A DNA stretch of 28,637 nucleotides from a virus (taxonomy: Duplodnaviria; Caudoviricetes): positions 1 to 28,637 of IMG/VR virus record IMGVR_UViG_3300032260_000020. One strand, given 5' to 3'. The translations under genes and the position numbers were made by a program. The notes below the pieces were generated by a model. It saw only the letters and a list, made by a program, of their open reading frames with translations. It did not search any database and was not told the origin of the DNA. Shown in pieces: positions 8,554 through 18,529 of this stretch (position 1 is the first letter of the stretch; each line of letters starts with the position of its first letter).

Positions 8554-9352
8554 GTTTTACCTTTAATTTTAATAATAGTTTTTCTGTTGCTTCTTTGATT
8601 TCGGGAATATCCCGCGCACCTGTGATAGCCGCGTCTTCAAGGCTACCCCAAGTGAATACACCAAACCCCGACACAAAATCAGGATAAGTAGTAATAAGAT
8701 TATCGTAAGCCTGAAGCTGATCCAAGATAGCCGCGTTATTTTGAAAAAATCCTTCGGCATGAAAAGCCCCAGGGACTAAAAATATTTTGGCCTTGCTTCC
8801 TGCTGCATATGCTTGGTTATATATTTCTGCAAGGTACATTATTTGCGGCAATTCTGGGACACCAAACCCACCGCAACCAGTAAATTCACCATAACAATCA
8901 AAACCGATATGGTCAGCATCAAAGAACATGGATAACTTGCCGTCTCCGCTTGTCATCTGGAAATACAATTCTGTAAATGCTTCAATATGCGCGAATTCAA
9001 CGCCGTAAAAATCTTTTTTGATACGCTGCATTAGCAAAAGTATTTCGTCTGCGTCCTGCCCTGCTAAGCGCCCTTTCCATTGAATCTCATCAAACATAAA
9101 CACAAGCCGCCCAATATGGCCCGAATCAGTAATAGCTTTTTTTATTGGTGCGGGGTCCTTGTAAATATACTGACCATCATTTAAATAAAATTGGTCTATG
9201 ACCATGACAGGCGTTAACCGGTTATCTATCTCATCCAAATATAAAGTAATTTCGTTGTGATCCTGCGGGATAAAAGCAACGGAATTAGAAAACTCAACCA
9301 CTTCGCCAACCTGCAAAACTGCTGTTATCAATGCACCTATAAGTATCTTCAT
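8546..9352 (-). CDS. Putative glycoside-hydrolase-like TIM-barrel protein (268 aa); moron
   Basis: Alternating strand/helix pattern with LVFMFDE, DHIGFDCY, KIFLVPGAF, VSGFGVFTW; GAGGG RBS; short hydrophobic N-terminus. Confidence 0.6.
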   Translation of the reverse strand: MKILIGALITAVLQVGEVVEFSNSVAFIPQDHNEITLYLDEIDNRLTPVMVIDQFYLNDGQYIYKDPAPIKKAITDSGHIGRLVFMFDEIQWKGRLAGQDADEILLLMQRIKKDFYGVEFAHIEAFTELYFQMTSGDGKLSMFFDADHIGFDCYGEFTGCGGFGVPELPQIMYLAEIYNQAYAAGSKAKIFLVPGAFHAEGFFQNNAAILDQLQAYDNLITTYPDFVSGFGVFTWGSLEDAAITGARDIPEIKEATEKLLLKLKVKHD

Positions 9353-9381
9353 GGCTAGACCCTCTTAATTAATGAGAGAGT

Positions 9382-9410
9382 ATTGTATACCATTAAATGA
9401 CTTTTTGTAA
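9382..9410 (-). promoter_or_regulatory. Possible sigma70 promoter for the two-gene moron
   Basis: TTACAA (9410-9405), 17-nt spacer, TACAAT (9387-9382); the -35 match is weak. Confidence 0.35.
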
Positions 9411-10820
9411 GTCTTTTATAGTTAGCCCCATTTCGTCAATTCTAGCGTTTGCTTGGTCTAGTTTATTAGATAGCTCTTGCACTGCCTTAGTTAATATTGA
9501 CGTAAGACAACCAACCCCAAGCGACCCATCGGAGTTTTCTATGACAAGCCCATCGTCCAAATCTTTTACATTATCAAGCACTTCTTGAGCCACAAAATTA
9601 TGAAATATGTTTTTTGTATTGCCTTGCTTCCACTTGTACGTTACCGGGCGAAGTTTGTTAATAAAATCAAGTCCCAGTTTTTCATCTTTTATGCTGGTTT
9701 TTAATCGACTATCAGAGACATTTTCAATAAAAATATTATTCCCTGACGCGCGTGTTTGCACCGTTGCCGCCAATGCGCCCTGGACAGTAAGCCCAAAGCC
9801 AAAACCTGACGCACTTGCTGTGCCCACGTCAGTAGAAAACCCACGACACCACCCGGAATCATCAACACCACCCAACGCACCTGAATTACTAGCATTGGTT
9901 GCGTTACTGCAATTTACCGCGTTTGCAACGGTTCCTGATACATTTGCCGCTGATACAAAATTAGCCGCGCCAGCAGTTAAGTTGTTTATTGTTTGAGTTT
10001 GTATGGTGATATTGCCTTGCAACAGGATATCCCCGAATGCTTCAAGTGCAGTAGCACCGCTGGAACCTGAGAAGCTACCGCCAACACTACCACCCCCGCT
10101 TCCTTGACCTAATATCGCTTCGGCGCCGCTTGAGTTGACAGCGTTGACACCCTTCCAAACGTAAATACCCCTTGCAGCGTTCCCGCTAGTATTAAATACC
10201 GCCGAATAATTAGACCCAGCTTGCGACGTTGAACCTGTAGCCCTAACTGTACCGGACGTGCTTATTGATCCACTTGTAACGGTTCCAAGATTTGTAGTTA
10301 TGCTTGATAAAGTACCTACGTTTAATTCCGTAGTTGTTACGCTGTTTGATGCTATCTCACTGGAAGTGATTGTATTTGATGCTATCTCATTAGAAGTTAT
10401 TGTGCCAGCCGCTAATTTTGAGGCAACTATGCTACCCGCACCTATCCTTGCCGCAAGCAATGTTCCCGTGGTTATGTTGCCAGCATTAAGACTTCCGATT
10501 GATGCGCCGTTAGTTATCTGCCCACCACCACCACCAAGCAAAGCACCTACACTTGACAGTGATAAACCAGAATTCCACACCCCGGAAGTAGCAACGCCGC
10601 CAATGGTTGTTCCATTGCCTACCGCACCAACGCCGTTAAATATATTATTAGCCCTTAAAGCGCCATTGTCTATTGTGGCTACCGGAGTAAAGTTTACGGT
10701 TCCGCTTACATTGCCGTTTACATCGCCGCCATAAGTCGCGTTAGATGGTATCGTATAGTTATCATTACGAACCGGGGCTGCTGCTAAAATAATATCCCTT
10801 GCGTTTGCAATTGCTGCCAT
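9393..10820 (-). CDS. Tail fibre/spike with C-terminal intramolecular chaperone (peptidase S74)
   Basis: SDSRLKTSIKD...GLDFINKLRPVTYKW...FVAQEV...LTKAVQEL followed by a coiled coil; 10-aa repeats TITSNEIASN / TITSSEIASN. Confidence 0.92.
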   Translation of the reverse strand: MAAIANARDIILAAAPVRNDNYTIPSNATYGGDVNGNVSGTVNFTPVATIDNGALRANNIFNGVGAVGNGTTIGGVATSGVWNSGLSLSSVGALLGGGGGQITNGASIGSLNAGNITTGTLLAARIGAGSIVASKLAAGTITSNEIASNTITSSEIASNSVTTTELNVGTLSSITTNLGTVTSGSISTSGTVRATGSTSQAGSNYSAVFNTSGNAARGIYVWKGVNAVNSSGAEAILGQGSGGGSVGGSFSGSSGATALEAFGDILLQGNITIQTQTINNLTAGAANFVSAANVSGTVANAVNCSNATNASNSGALGGVDDSGWCRGFSTDVGTASASGFGFGLTVQGALAATVQTRASGNNIFIENVSDSRLKTSIKDEKLGLDFINKLRPVTYKWKQGNTKNIFHNFVAQEVLDNVKDLDDGLVIENSDGSLGVGCLTSILTKAVQELSNKLDQANARIDEMGLTIKDLQKVI

Positions 10821-12283
10821 TAGATCAAAATCTCCAAATCAACTATCAAGTTACCCCAGTTAATAGTAATAGCCGTCACAGTTGCATCAGTAGACGATAG
10901 ATTAAATCTTGGATGCGTGATTGTAATGCCTTGATTCAATTCAAGTTCGCTTAATCTTGGCTTCCCCCTGAAGGCGTAAATAGTGCGCTGGGTCTTTTTG
11001 ATATTTAAGCGCCTGGTAGCTTCCGCGCTGGCGTCGGCTTCTTCGATTAAGTACGTATCTACCTGTTCAGGTTCTCCGCTCAGCTTGTAAATAGTTTTTA
11101 CGCTTGCGTCTTCCTGTTCTTCTGTAAACCACTCCCGCGCAAACATATCCTTATGTTCTGGCGGTATGCCAGTTTGTAAGTTTTTTTGTATCGTCCAATT
11201 TTTTGCATAACCTACTTTAACAGCCCCTTCAACGTTCGGCCTTTCAATGATAGTTATGGTTTTTGATACAATGTCATCCTTTGTTATGTCCATCACTGTT
11301 GAAGCGGGTGGTAATGAAATTTTCAATAACTGCAATAAGCCCGCACGACTCATAGACATTTGACCTCCTACGCTATCTGCAAGGTCGTTACATATCCTTA
11401 ATACATTTTCTTTGCTGTTAATGTGGACCCCAAGTATTTGCGGGTTTGCTGCGTTAAATGTCGAAAAATTGGACGCGTCTATATCTCCCGAAGTAAAACG
11501 CGTGCTTGCTTCACCCCATGACGTAACAATATTTTCGATAATGTCAGCGGCAGTAGTGAGATATGTAGAAGGCCAATACCCTTGCGCTGAACATGTGACA
11601 GTACCCGCTGGCGTAGCATTGAGCGTAAATTTACCATTAGGCCAGTCAAGATTATAGGATACCGGCACGCCATTATCACGTACTTCGATAATATCCTCAT
11701 TACTGCCGTCATGTACCTGATATTCTAAAGTGGCTGGATTAGTAAGCAATGGCGTTATGTTATGCACTTCACCAAAAGTTAACGGTACAATCTTATCTTT
11801 GTTTGGAGTGGTCCCGCCCAGCTTGTTATCTGTTATGGGATTGTTTAACTGTTCTAACTTATCCCGTACTTTTACGTTTAAGGTCCGGTTGCTTTTGCTA
11901 TCAAGGTTTTCTGTTATGCCGTTAAAAATGGTTCTGAAGTCTGCCCTTAACCAAGTAACATCGCCAATATAAGCAGCTATAACCCGGTTGGTCCAAACGT
12001 AATCCAGATAATCATCTAGTGCGCCGTCGTTGTTCTCAAATTCAACATCGCCAAACGATATAGACCCGTCGCCTTCTAAAGATATTCTTTCAGTTATGTT
12101 TACCGAATTACCGATAACACGCGGTAAATAAACGCGGCTGGCCACTGTATCTTCATAGGTTTTTGATGAAAGGTAAAGTGTAGTTTCAACGCCTGAAATT
12201 CTAGCCACACATTCAACCAAGATGCAACGCACCGCTGAAGGATTATCTAACCAAGCTGTATATTCTGCGTTAGTTACTGTCAT
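10820..12283 (-). CDS. Tail tip / baseplate hub protein (487 aa)
   Basis: Directly follows the tape measure (ATGA overlap); PLTFGEVHNITP, EVRDNGVP and C-terminal LELNQGITITHPRF motifs resemble siphovirus hub proteins. Confidence 0.75.
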   Translation of the reverse strand: MTVTNAEYTAWLDNPSAVRCILVECVARISGVETTLYLSSKTYEDTVASRVYLPRVIGNSVNITERISLEGDGSISFGDVEFENNDGALDDYLDYVWTNRVIAAYIGDVTWLRADFRTIFNGITENLDSKSNRTLNVKVRDKLEQLNNPITDNKLGGTTPNKDKIVPLTFGEVHNITPLLTNPATLEYQVHDGSNEDIIEVRDNGVPVSYNLDWPNGKFTLNATPAGTVTCSAQGYWPSTYLTTAADIIENIVTSWGEASTRFTSGDIDASNFSTFNAANPQILGVHINSKENVLRICNDLADSVGGQMSMSRAGLLQLLKISLPPASTVMDITKDDIVSKTITIIERPNVEGAVKVGYAKNWTIQKNLQTGIPPEHKDMFAREWFTEEQEDASVKTIYKLSGEPEQVDTYLIEEADASAEATRRLNIKKTQRTIYAFRGKPRLSELELNQGITITHPRFNLSSTDATVTAITINWGNLIVDLEILI

Positions 12284-15200
12284 CGGATAGACGCCACTGT
12301 GCGCCGCTTGAAGTTCTCAAAATTTTGCATGTCTGCGTTCGCCTTGGATACCAGGCGGGCATTTTCGCGCTGTGCTTCGATGTTTGTATTTATCAATGCA
12401 TTAGTCTGTGCGTTCTGCTCCCGTCTAAGCTGGCTTAATTCTTCACGCAACAATGATATTTCCCGCGTAGTGCTTGACGGCACAACCGCTTCGCCTTTGT
12501 GAAGCATGGCCAAACCTGTACGCGGTATAAAATCAGAACCCCTTTCAAATGCTGCCAGGTTATTTTCACGTAAGAAACTATTTATTTCATCTGCAGTAAT
12601 GCCGGTAGTTTGCATCAACCTTTCGGAACTAATACCATTAGCAACAGCCCCCTGGTAAATCTCCATAGCAGTACGACCTGGCGCAAAAACATACCCGCGT
12701 ATATCGTCATCTGATACTGACAAACCCTGGACAGCCCGGTTTATGTCTGTAATGCTCACGCCCGTAGCTGCGGCAAATTGCTCAGCGCTTACGCCGTTCT
12801 CAACCGCAAGATTTACAAGGTCTTGTATGCTGTTGTTAGGGTTATTATTGGCTGCTCTGATCTGCTCTGCTGTAATAGCAGGGTTACCCGGCCCCTGTAG
12901 CACCGCCCTGGTAAGTTCTAGCACCGCTCCTTCTACTGCTATCACACTGGCATCAACTACGCCCAGATTTGCGCTAACGCCTTGCACGCTGAAGTCTACA
13001 CCGCCCAAACCGCTACCAACATTATTAAAGCCGGTATCTAGTCCTACATTAAGACCATTAACGCTGCTGTTAATGTTTGATAGCGCATCTTCTTCTGCTT
13101 CAAGCTGTTTTATAACGCGCTCTGTTGCATTTAGTTGACTCTGCGCTATATTTGCTTCATTGGTAGCTATATTGGCAGCGGACTCAAGAACATTTTTAAC
13201 AAGATTGAAGTCACTTTGAAATACATCATTAGACGCATTGAATTTTTGCGATGCTTCCAAGAAGCTGCGCGATACATCAGGCAGCCGCGCCAATGCGTCT
13301 GCATCGCCTCCCTGCGCTAAGCCCCTTACTGAATTAAATAATTGTCTTGCGCTATCTAATTGCTGCTTAGGTGTTAATGGTGAAAGACTGCTTGTATCTA
13401 AAGTATCTCTGAACTGATCCAGATTAATAGCTAAATTTGAGAATTTATCCGCTACGCTTTTTAAAGCGCTTGCTTCTTGCCGGTACGAACTAATCAAATC
13501 CCGCCTAGAATTATCAGCCACCTTTGCTTCACGCTGCGCATTATTTCTCTGTGCAACTTGTGCTGGTGAACTTTCAAAAGCATCATTAGATACTTGGACC
13601 GCATTCGCCTGAGCGCCTGCTACACGCTCACGCAATCTTGCTATATTTTCACGTGCTGCCTGGTCTGATTCAGCGTTTGATATTGCTACCCTGCTTGATT
13701 GTATCGCGTTGCGCTGCGCTTCCGCTGCTGCTGCTGTTATATTCGCCGCTTGTGCATTCGCGTTTGCTGAGTTTATATTGGCATTCGCTGCTGCTGTGTT
13801 TGCGTTCGCTGCTGTTATTGAGCTATTGGCTAAATCAATATTGCTTCTTGCTAACGCTTCACCCGCATTTTTAACTGCAACAAAACTTGGTGCCAGTTGA
13901 AGCATGGCCGCTGCGGTTTCAACTGACACGCCGCCCGCTTCAAGTAAAGACTCTACAATGGCCCTGAATTCTTCTCTGGTTATATCTGCAGAAAAGCCCA
14001 GTTTTTTCATCTCAGCATCTAAAGAATCAAACGCTATTTTTAGCTGTTCTTCATCAGTTAAGAAATTTTGAACAAAAAACGATACTTCCTGGTTTAGTGC
14101 TTCAATACCGCCAGCCGCATCGACTAAAGCCGTCCTTTGTGCAAAAGTCAATTCCTGTAATGCATTTGCCGCAACATCGCTTGATACACCAAAAGCCACC
14201 ATTGCAGCTTCTAATGTGTCGAATTCTAAAACAAGCCGCGCTACGGTATCTACGCCGCTTTCTGCGCCCCTTGAAAGGCTTTCTATTTCAGGGATTAAAC
14301 GTTGCGCGAATTGATCTGAGATACCGCCTATTGCTTCAGCTATCTGCGCTTCGCTTAGTTCCTCCCCTTTAGCACTTGCTATGTCAAGTGTCGCACTAAA
14401 TCTATCTATTCCAAAAGTAGACAGGTTCAAACTTTCCGCTGCGTTCCGCAATGTTGCATCCATGCCGACTATAGAACTATCCAATACACCACCAATTACC
14501 TGCGCGGTTTCGGCGGCATTTGCTGCCAGCCCTTGAAGTTCTGAAGCTATGCCACTTTCACGAATACCCTTGAATGCGTTTAGCAATTCGCCGGTATCGG
14601 TATCATTTAATATGTTGTCGGTTTTGTTGCTACGGAATGCACCGCCCTTAGAAACAGCCCTTATATTTGTTGCGCCTGTAAACCCTTGATTATCAAAGTC
14701 ACCAAGCAGTCTGGTTTCTTGCGCCTTGAATGGCCCGCGCCCAAATAGGCTTGTAATAGCACCCGCAATAACACCACCCGCAGCGCCGCCAATGGCTGCG
14801 CCTGCTGGCCCGCCAAATAAGCCGCCAATGCCTGTTCCGATTCCTGAACCTATCGTACTGGTTAAAGATCCGCTGGCGCCGAATATTTCTTTATCGCCTG
14901 CAATGCCTTTGCCTATTCCTAGGCCAAGCGCCGCGCCTGCTATCCCTGGAAGGATGAACGATCCAAGCCCAACACCACCGCCGCCGCCAGACTGCAGCAA
15001 ACCAGGTAAACTACCAAACACATTCCCAGCGCCGCCACTTATCCCTTGAGTAGCTGTACCGCCCCCTAAGATACCGGACAGCCCACCCGCACTTCCAAAA
15101 CTGGAAAATAGCCCGCCACTAGCAGCACCGCCACCACCAAACGCACTTAATAGCCCGGATACGTTGCCGCCTCCAGTATTAAAGATTGCACCTAGCAAAT

Positions 15201-16584
15201 CCGCTGCAAGTGCTTCTGAAGCCATGCGCTTTATGGCACTTGTGAACGTGTCAACTATTCCGTCCGTCCTGCCCTCAAACGCATCAAAAAAGATTGTGCC
15301 AAAGGCGCTTTGCATATCCCGCGCCGCTTGGATACTGAATTGGTCTAATTCTTCTTCCGTTTCTTCTGCCTTGTCGCCTACATCTTCTAAGCTGGCTTCG
15401 GCTTCTTTAACTGCTAAGCTGTAAACATTCCAATCAAGTTTGCCGGTTTTTAGTAAGTCGTTAAGGTCTTTAACTTCACGCGCCACCCGTTGTTCGGCAG
15501 TTTCTACACTGCGGGTAATGCGCTCAATTTCGGCCATTGTCTGCGCGCGTTCCCGTTCCTCATTCTTAAGGCGTTCTGTTTCTGCGCGTAGTTCTGCTTT
15601 TGCTTCTACCGATTCTTTTGTAACACTGGTACTTGTTTTTGTTACCTTGTTTATTGCGTCAAGTTCTTTCTGAAAAGACTTAAAAACCTTTTCGGATTTT
15701 TCGCCTTCTTCTTTGAGTTCTTCAGTCGCCCCGGCTAGTGCTTGTATCTCCCTGGTCTTGTCCGTAAATGCAAAGCCAGGTGTAGCAATTTCCAGAACGG
15801 TATTGAATGCATTACCTAAATCATCCCAAATGGAGTCTAAGGAAAAACTGAGTTCTGATAATTTTAATAGGTCTTCTGTTACTTGGGTAAGTGCTGGCGA
15901 TACTGCGTTAAATAACGTTGTACCTAATGCCCCTGCGGTACGTCCCAGCTTATCCAAGTTATCATTGAATAATTCGGCTTGTGCTGCGGATTCAGCCGTT
16001 ACAGGGTTTAGTTTCTTACCTTCTTCTATTAGCTGGCGCAGTCCTTCTTCGCCTTGTGCAAGCAATGGGGTTAGCTTGGCGTATTCATTCCCGAATAAAG
16101 ACGTAACAACCACCGCCCGTTCCTGTTCGCTAACGTTTTCACGAATAGCACCGGCTAATTGTATGAATTGTTCGTCTGGGGTGGATTCTTTGAGTTTATC
16201 TAGGTCAAGACCAAGCGCACGGACAATGCGCCCGTATTTATCTGTACCGTCTGCGGATTCAAGAATGAGGCGCGAAAAGCGCCGCATTCCTTTTGCTACC
16301 TGGTCAAGATTGGTTCCGGATTGAGTTGCCGCAAAATCAAGGCCCGCCAGCGTTTCAACACCAACGCCGGTTGCCTGTGACATCTTAGCGATTGCATCTT
16401 GCGCCGCGCTTGCATTCTTAATAAGCGCAACAAATCCCGCTGCGGATACTGCGACGCCTAAAGTCCCTAAGTTACCGGCTAAGCTGCTAACACTGCTATT
16501 TAGACCGCCTAGACTTTTGTTAACCTTACCAAATGCTGACCCGGTAAAATCGCGGCCTACAATATCAATATTAGCTTTAGCCAC
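12280..16584 (-). CDS. Tail tape measure protein (1434 aa)
   Basis: Length and position after the chaperones; Ala/Gly-rich helical sequence; C-terminal FERGSDFIPRTGLAMLHKGEAVVP motif; GTG start. Confidence 0.95.
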   Translation of the reverse strand: MAKANIDIVGRDFTGSAFGKVNKSLGGLNSSVSSLAGNLGTLGVAVSAAGFVALIKNASAAQDAIAKMSQATGVGVETLAGLDFAATQSGTNLDQVAKGMRRFSRLILESADGTDKYGRIVRALGLDLDKLKESTPDEQFIQLAGAIRENVSEQERAVVVTSLFGNEYAKLTPLLAQGEEGLRQLIEEGKKLNPVTAESAAQAELFNDNLDKLGRTAGALGTTLFNAVSPALTQVTEDLLKLSELSFSLDSIWDDLGNAFNTVLEIATPGFAFTDKTREIQALAGATEELKEEGEKSEKVFKSFQKELDAINKVTKTSTSVTKESVEAKAELRAETERLKNEERERAQTMAEIERITRSVETAEQRVAREVKDLNDLLKTGKLDWNVYSLAVKEAEASLEDVGDKAEETEEELDQFSIQAARDMQSAFGTIFFDAFEGRTDGIVDTFTSAIKRMASEALAADLLGAIFNTGGGNVSGLLSAFGGGGAASGGLFSSFGSAGGLSGILGGGTATQGISGGAGNVFGSLPGLLQSGGGGGVGLGSFILPGIAGAALGLGIGKGIAGDKEIFGASGSLTSTIGSGIGTGIGGLFGGPAGAAIGGAAGGVIAGAITSLFGRGPFKAQETRLLGDFDNQGFTGATNIRAVSKGGAFRSNKTDNILNDTDTGELLNAFKGIRESGIASELQGLAANAAETAQVIGGVLDSSIVGMDATLRNAAESLNLSTFGIDRFSATLDIASAKGEELSEAQIAEAIGGISDQFAQRLIPEIESLSRGAESGVDTVARLVLEFDTLEAAMVAFGVSSDVAANALQELTFAQRTALVDAAGGIEALNQEVSFFVQNFLTDEEQLKIAFDSLDAEMKKLGFSADITREEFRAIVESLLEAGGVSVETAAAMLQLAPSFVAVKNAGEALARSNIDLANSSITAANANTAAANANINSANANAQAANITAAAAEAQRNAIQSSRVAISNAESDQAARENIARLRERVAGAQANAVQVSNDAFESSPAQVAQRNNAQREAKVADNSRRDLISSYRQEASALKSVADKFSNLAINLDQFRDTLDTSSLSPLTPKQQLDSARQLFNSVRGLAQGGDADALARLPDVSRSFLEASQKFNASNDVFQSDFNLVKNVLESAANIATNEANIAQSQLNATERVIKQLEAEEDALSNINSSVNGLNVGLDTGFNNVGSGLGGVDFSVQGVSANLGVVDASVIAVEGAVLELTRAVLQGPGNPAITAEQIRAANNNPNNSIQDLVNLAVENGVSAEQFAAATGVSITDINRAVQGLSVSDDDIRGYVFAPGRTAMEIYQGAVANGISSERLMQTTGITADEINSFLRENNLAAFERGSDFIPRTGLAMLHKGEAVVPSSTTREISLLREELSQLRREQNAQTNALINTNIEAQRENARLVSKANADMQNFENFKRRTVASIR

Positions 16585-16819
16585 TGGCTACCCCTTTTGC
16601 ATCAGTATAGGTTTTTATTTGCTCAAGTGAGCGCATAACCTGTTCCGGTTTATCTACCCCTATATATTCAAATATCAACGGCATTGATAACCAGTCAATT
16701 TTGTTTCCCATCAGCCGCCAAACTTGCGCGGCCTGGTCGTTAATGGCGTTAAGTGTTTGAGGTTCTGCGCCTGGTATTTCTGACTTTAACTGTTCGTAGT
16801 CGTACCAGGCTGTGAGTTT
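16577..16819 (-). CDS. Tail assembly chaperone gpT-like extension reached by -1 frameshift (not in the ORF track)
   Basis: -1 frame is open from the slippery site for 79 further codons (LTAWYDYEQLKSEIPGAEP...VWRLMGNKIDWLSMPLIFEYIGV...GVASG*), ending over the tape measure start. Confidence 0.85.
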   Translation of the reverse strand, partial: KLTAWYDYEQLKSEIPGAEPQTLNAINDQAAQVWRLMGNKIDWLSMPLIFEYIGVDKPEQVMRSLEQIKTYTDAKGVASG

Positions 16820-17154
16820 TTTTGATTCTCCCCAATCTCAACCGCTGCTGTTTTTACTTCGTTTGCTAAATGTACCGCGATGCAATGCCATATCACCGGC
16901 ATATCTGCGATAACAACATCAAACAATTCTTTATCAAAATTTACCTTGGCATTGCTGCCGCCTTTGATTATGTCCTTTTCGCGGACATTTTCCCAGCCGT
17001 CAACATACGCGCGGACCATTTCACACTCAGACGAATCTGATTTAAATAACTGTGTGAACTGCTCAACTGTTGGGCGGGTTCCCGTAAATGTCATCCCAGC
17101 AACTTTAACTGAAAATTTACGCCCCGCCCTTATCTTGTCGATTAATGAAGTCAT
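16786..17154 (-). CDS. Tail assembly chaperone (gpG-like, 122 aa)
   Basis: Between tail tube and tape measure; VDGWENV motif; slippery site near the 3' end. Confidence 0.88.
   Translation of the reverse strand: MTSLIDKIRAGRKFSVKVAGMTFTGTRPTVEQFTQLFKSDSSECEMVRAYVDGWENVREKDIIKGGSNAKVNFDKELFDVVIADMPVIWHCIAVHLANEVKTAAVEIGENQKNSQPGTTTNS
16816..16822 (-). promoter_or_regulatory. -1 ribosomal frameshift heptamer A AAA AAC
   Basis: In-frame codons CAA AAA AAC give a correctly phased X XXY YYZ site. Confidence 0.85.
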
Positions 17155-17167
17155 AAAACCTTGTTAG

Positions 17168-17809
17168 TTATGATGCAAACCACTGTGGACGATTCCGCAG
17201 GGTTAGCGACACAGTACCGGTTGCAACTGCGCCTGCTGCGCCGTCAATACCAGCACCACCCGATACAAACGCATTCATTATACCAACATAACCATTTTTC
17301 AGGGTTACGACAAACACGCGCCGCAATTTATCATCTGAAGCAGCGGCCAAAACTGCTGACGTAGCGCTTAATGGGTCAGCGTTAACACTAAATGACCCTG
17401 TTGGCGCAGCATCCAAGCCCTGGATTTGTTGTTCCTCATTGTCTGAAACAGCGGTTACCGTAATACGGTTAGCAGTTTGATCTGGTAAAGATAAGTTGGT
17501 TACGTTATCAAACGACGCGCCCAAAGTAACTTCATTGGCTACACCACCTGAAGCCCAGGCCGTGTAGTTAGTGCTGTCTAAACCTTCACAGGTAAAGTCA
17601 ACGGTTGTATTGACCGAACCAACCCGCACAACCTTATTATTAATTTGAGTCATCCCAACCACTCCGGAAATGACAACGATATCACCGACCGATAGCGCAT
17701 GTGTAGCAGTCACAACCGCTTCACTTGCTTGGCTGATACCTGTAATTGTCAAGTCAGAACCTAAAGAGGTCTGTACTTGAATGGTAGTATCTGTAAGTAA
17801 AATAGGCAT
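17168..17809 (-). CDS. Major tail tube protein (213 aa)
   Basis: Position before the chaperones; small inserted beta domain ITGISQASEAVVTATHALSVGDIVVISG; GGAAAG RBS. Confidence 0.85.
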   Translation of the reverse strand: MPILLTDTTIQVQTSLGSDLTITGISQASEAVVTATHALSVGDIVVISGVVGMTQINNKVVRVGSVNTTVDFTCEGLDSTNYTAWASGGVANEVTLGASFDNVTNLSLPDQTANRITVTAVSDNEEQQIQGLDAAPTGSFSVNADPLSATSAVLAAASDDKLRRVFVVTLKNGYVGIMNAFVSGGAGIDGAAGAVATGTVSLTLRNRPQWFAS

Positions 17810-17818
17810 TTTCTTTCC

Positions 17819-18250
17819 TTATAAATTTGTTTCTGGATCTGATTTTGTAGTAAAAACAGTTACTTGATAAGATAATTTTAACGCGCCTTGCGGCTGCTCC
17901 CCTTCTGCTTCTAAATCTACTTCAACGTTGATCAATACTGATTCGCTTAAAATGGTTGCACTTTCACTGGCCATAGCTGCTTCAACTTCAACACCTATTG
18001 AATCCATGACGTCATCAATATCCGCTGTAGCTTGTGCCTTAATAATCAAGGTTAAAAGAACGTTACGCCGCAAAATATCGCCGGTTGTTTCGTGGTCGAT
18101 TTCTTCTGAATCAACCGATACCAAAATACATGGCAGATCTTCATCAATTAAAGGATACAACCGGCTTTGAAAGACGTTTGAACCCGTTAAAGTAAGCCCG
18201 GTTAAAGCTGTCCCGGCCCGCTCCCTGATCTGTTGCCTAATATGCGTCAT
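17819..18250 (-). CDS. Tail terminator / tail completion protein (143 aa)
   Basis: MTHIRQQIR..., NVFQSRLYP...LPCILV motif; acidic; directly upstream of the tail tube. Confidence 0.8.
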   Translation of the reverse strand: MTHIRQQIRERAGTALTGLTLTGSNVFQSRLYPLIDEDLPCILVSVDSEEIDHETTGDILRRNVLLTLIIKAQATADIDDVMDSIGVEVEAAMASESATILSESVLINVEVDLEAEGEQPQGALKLSYQVTVFTTKSDPETNL

Positions 18251-18529
18251 TTATTGCTTTTCCAATTGAACAGTAGTAAATCCAGTCTGGTCATCAGGTG
18301 GGATGTAGCGGATAGCGTAAGTTACTGAATCCCTTGTTAAAATCGTACCGCGCGGCCAATCTTCAATGTCTGTTGTAGCACATTTAAAAATTGGTGCTGT
18401 GGTTCCAATGTCATCAATGATTACGCCAGCCGCATCAAATATCCCGTTAACATCAACGCCACCGATATCTACGGATTCCGCAAAATCGGATAAAAAAGCG
18501 TCGATATCATCAAGTGCGCTGATTGTCAT
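18251..18529 (-). CDS. Head-tail joining protein (gpFII-like, 92 aa)
   Basis: FLSDFA...VNGIFD...PDDQTGFTTVQL pattern and position. Confidence 0.75.
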   Translation of the reverse strand: MTISALDDIDAFLSDFAESVDIGGVDVNGIFDAAGVIIDDIGTTAPIFKCATTDIEDWPRGTILTRDSVTYAIRYIPPDDQTGFTTVQLEKQ

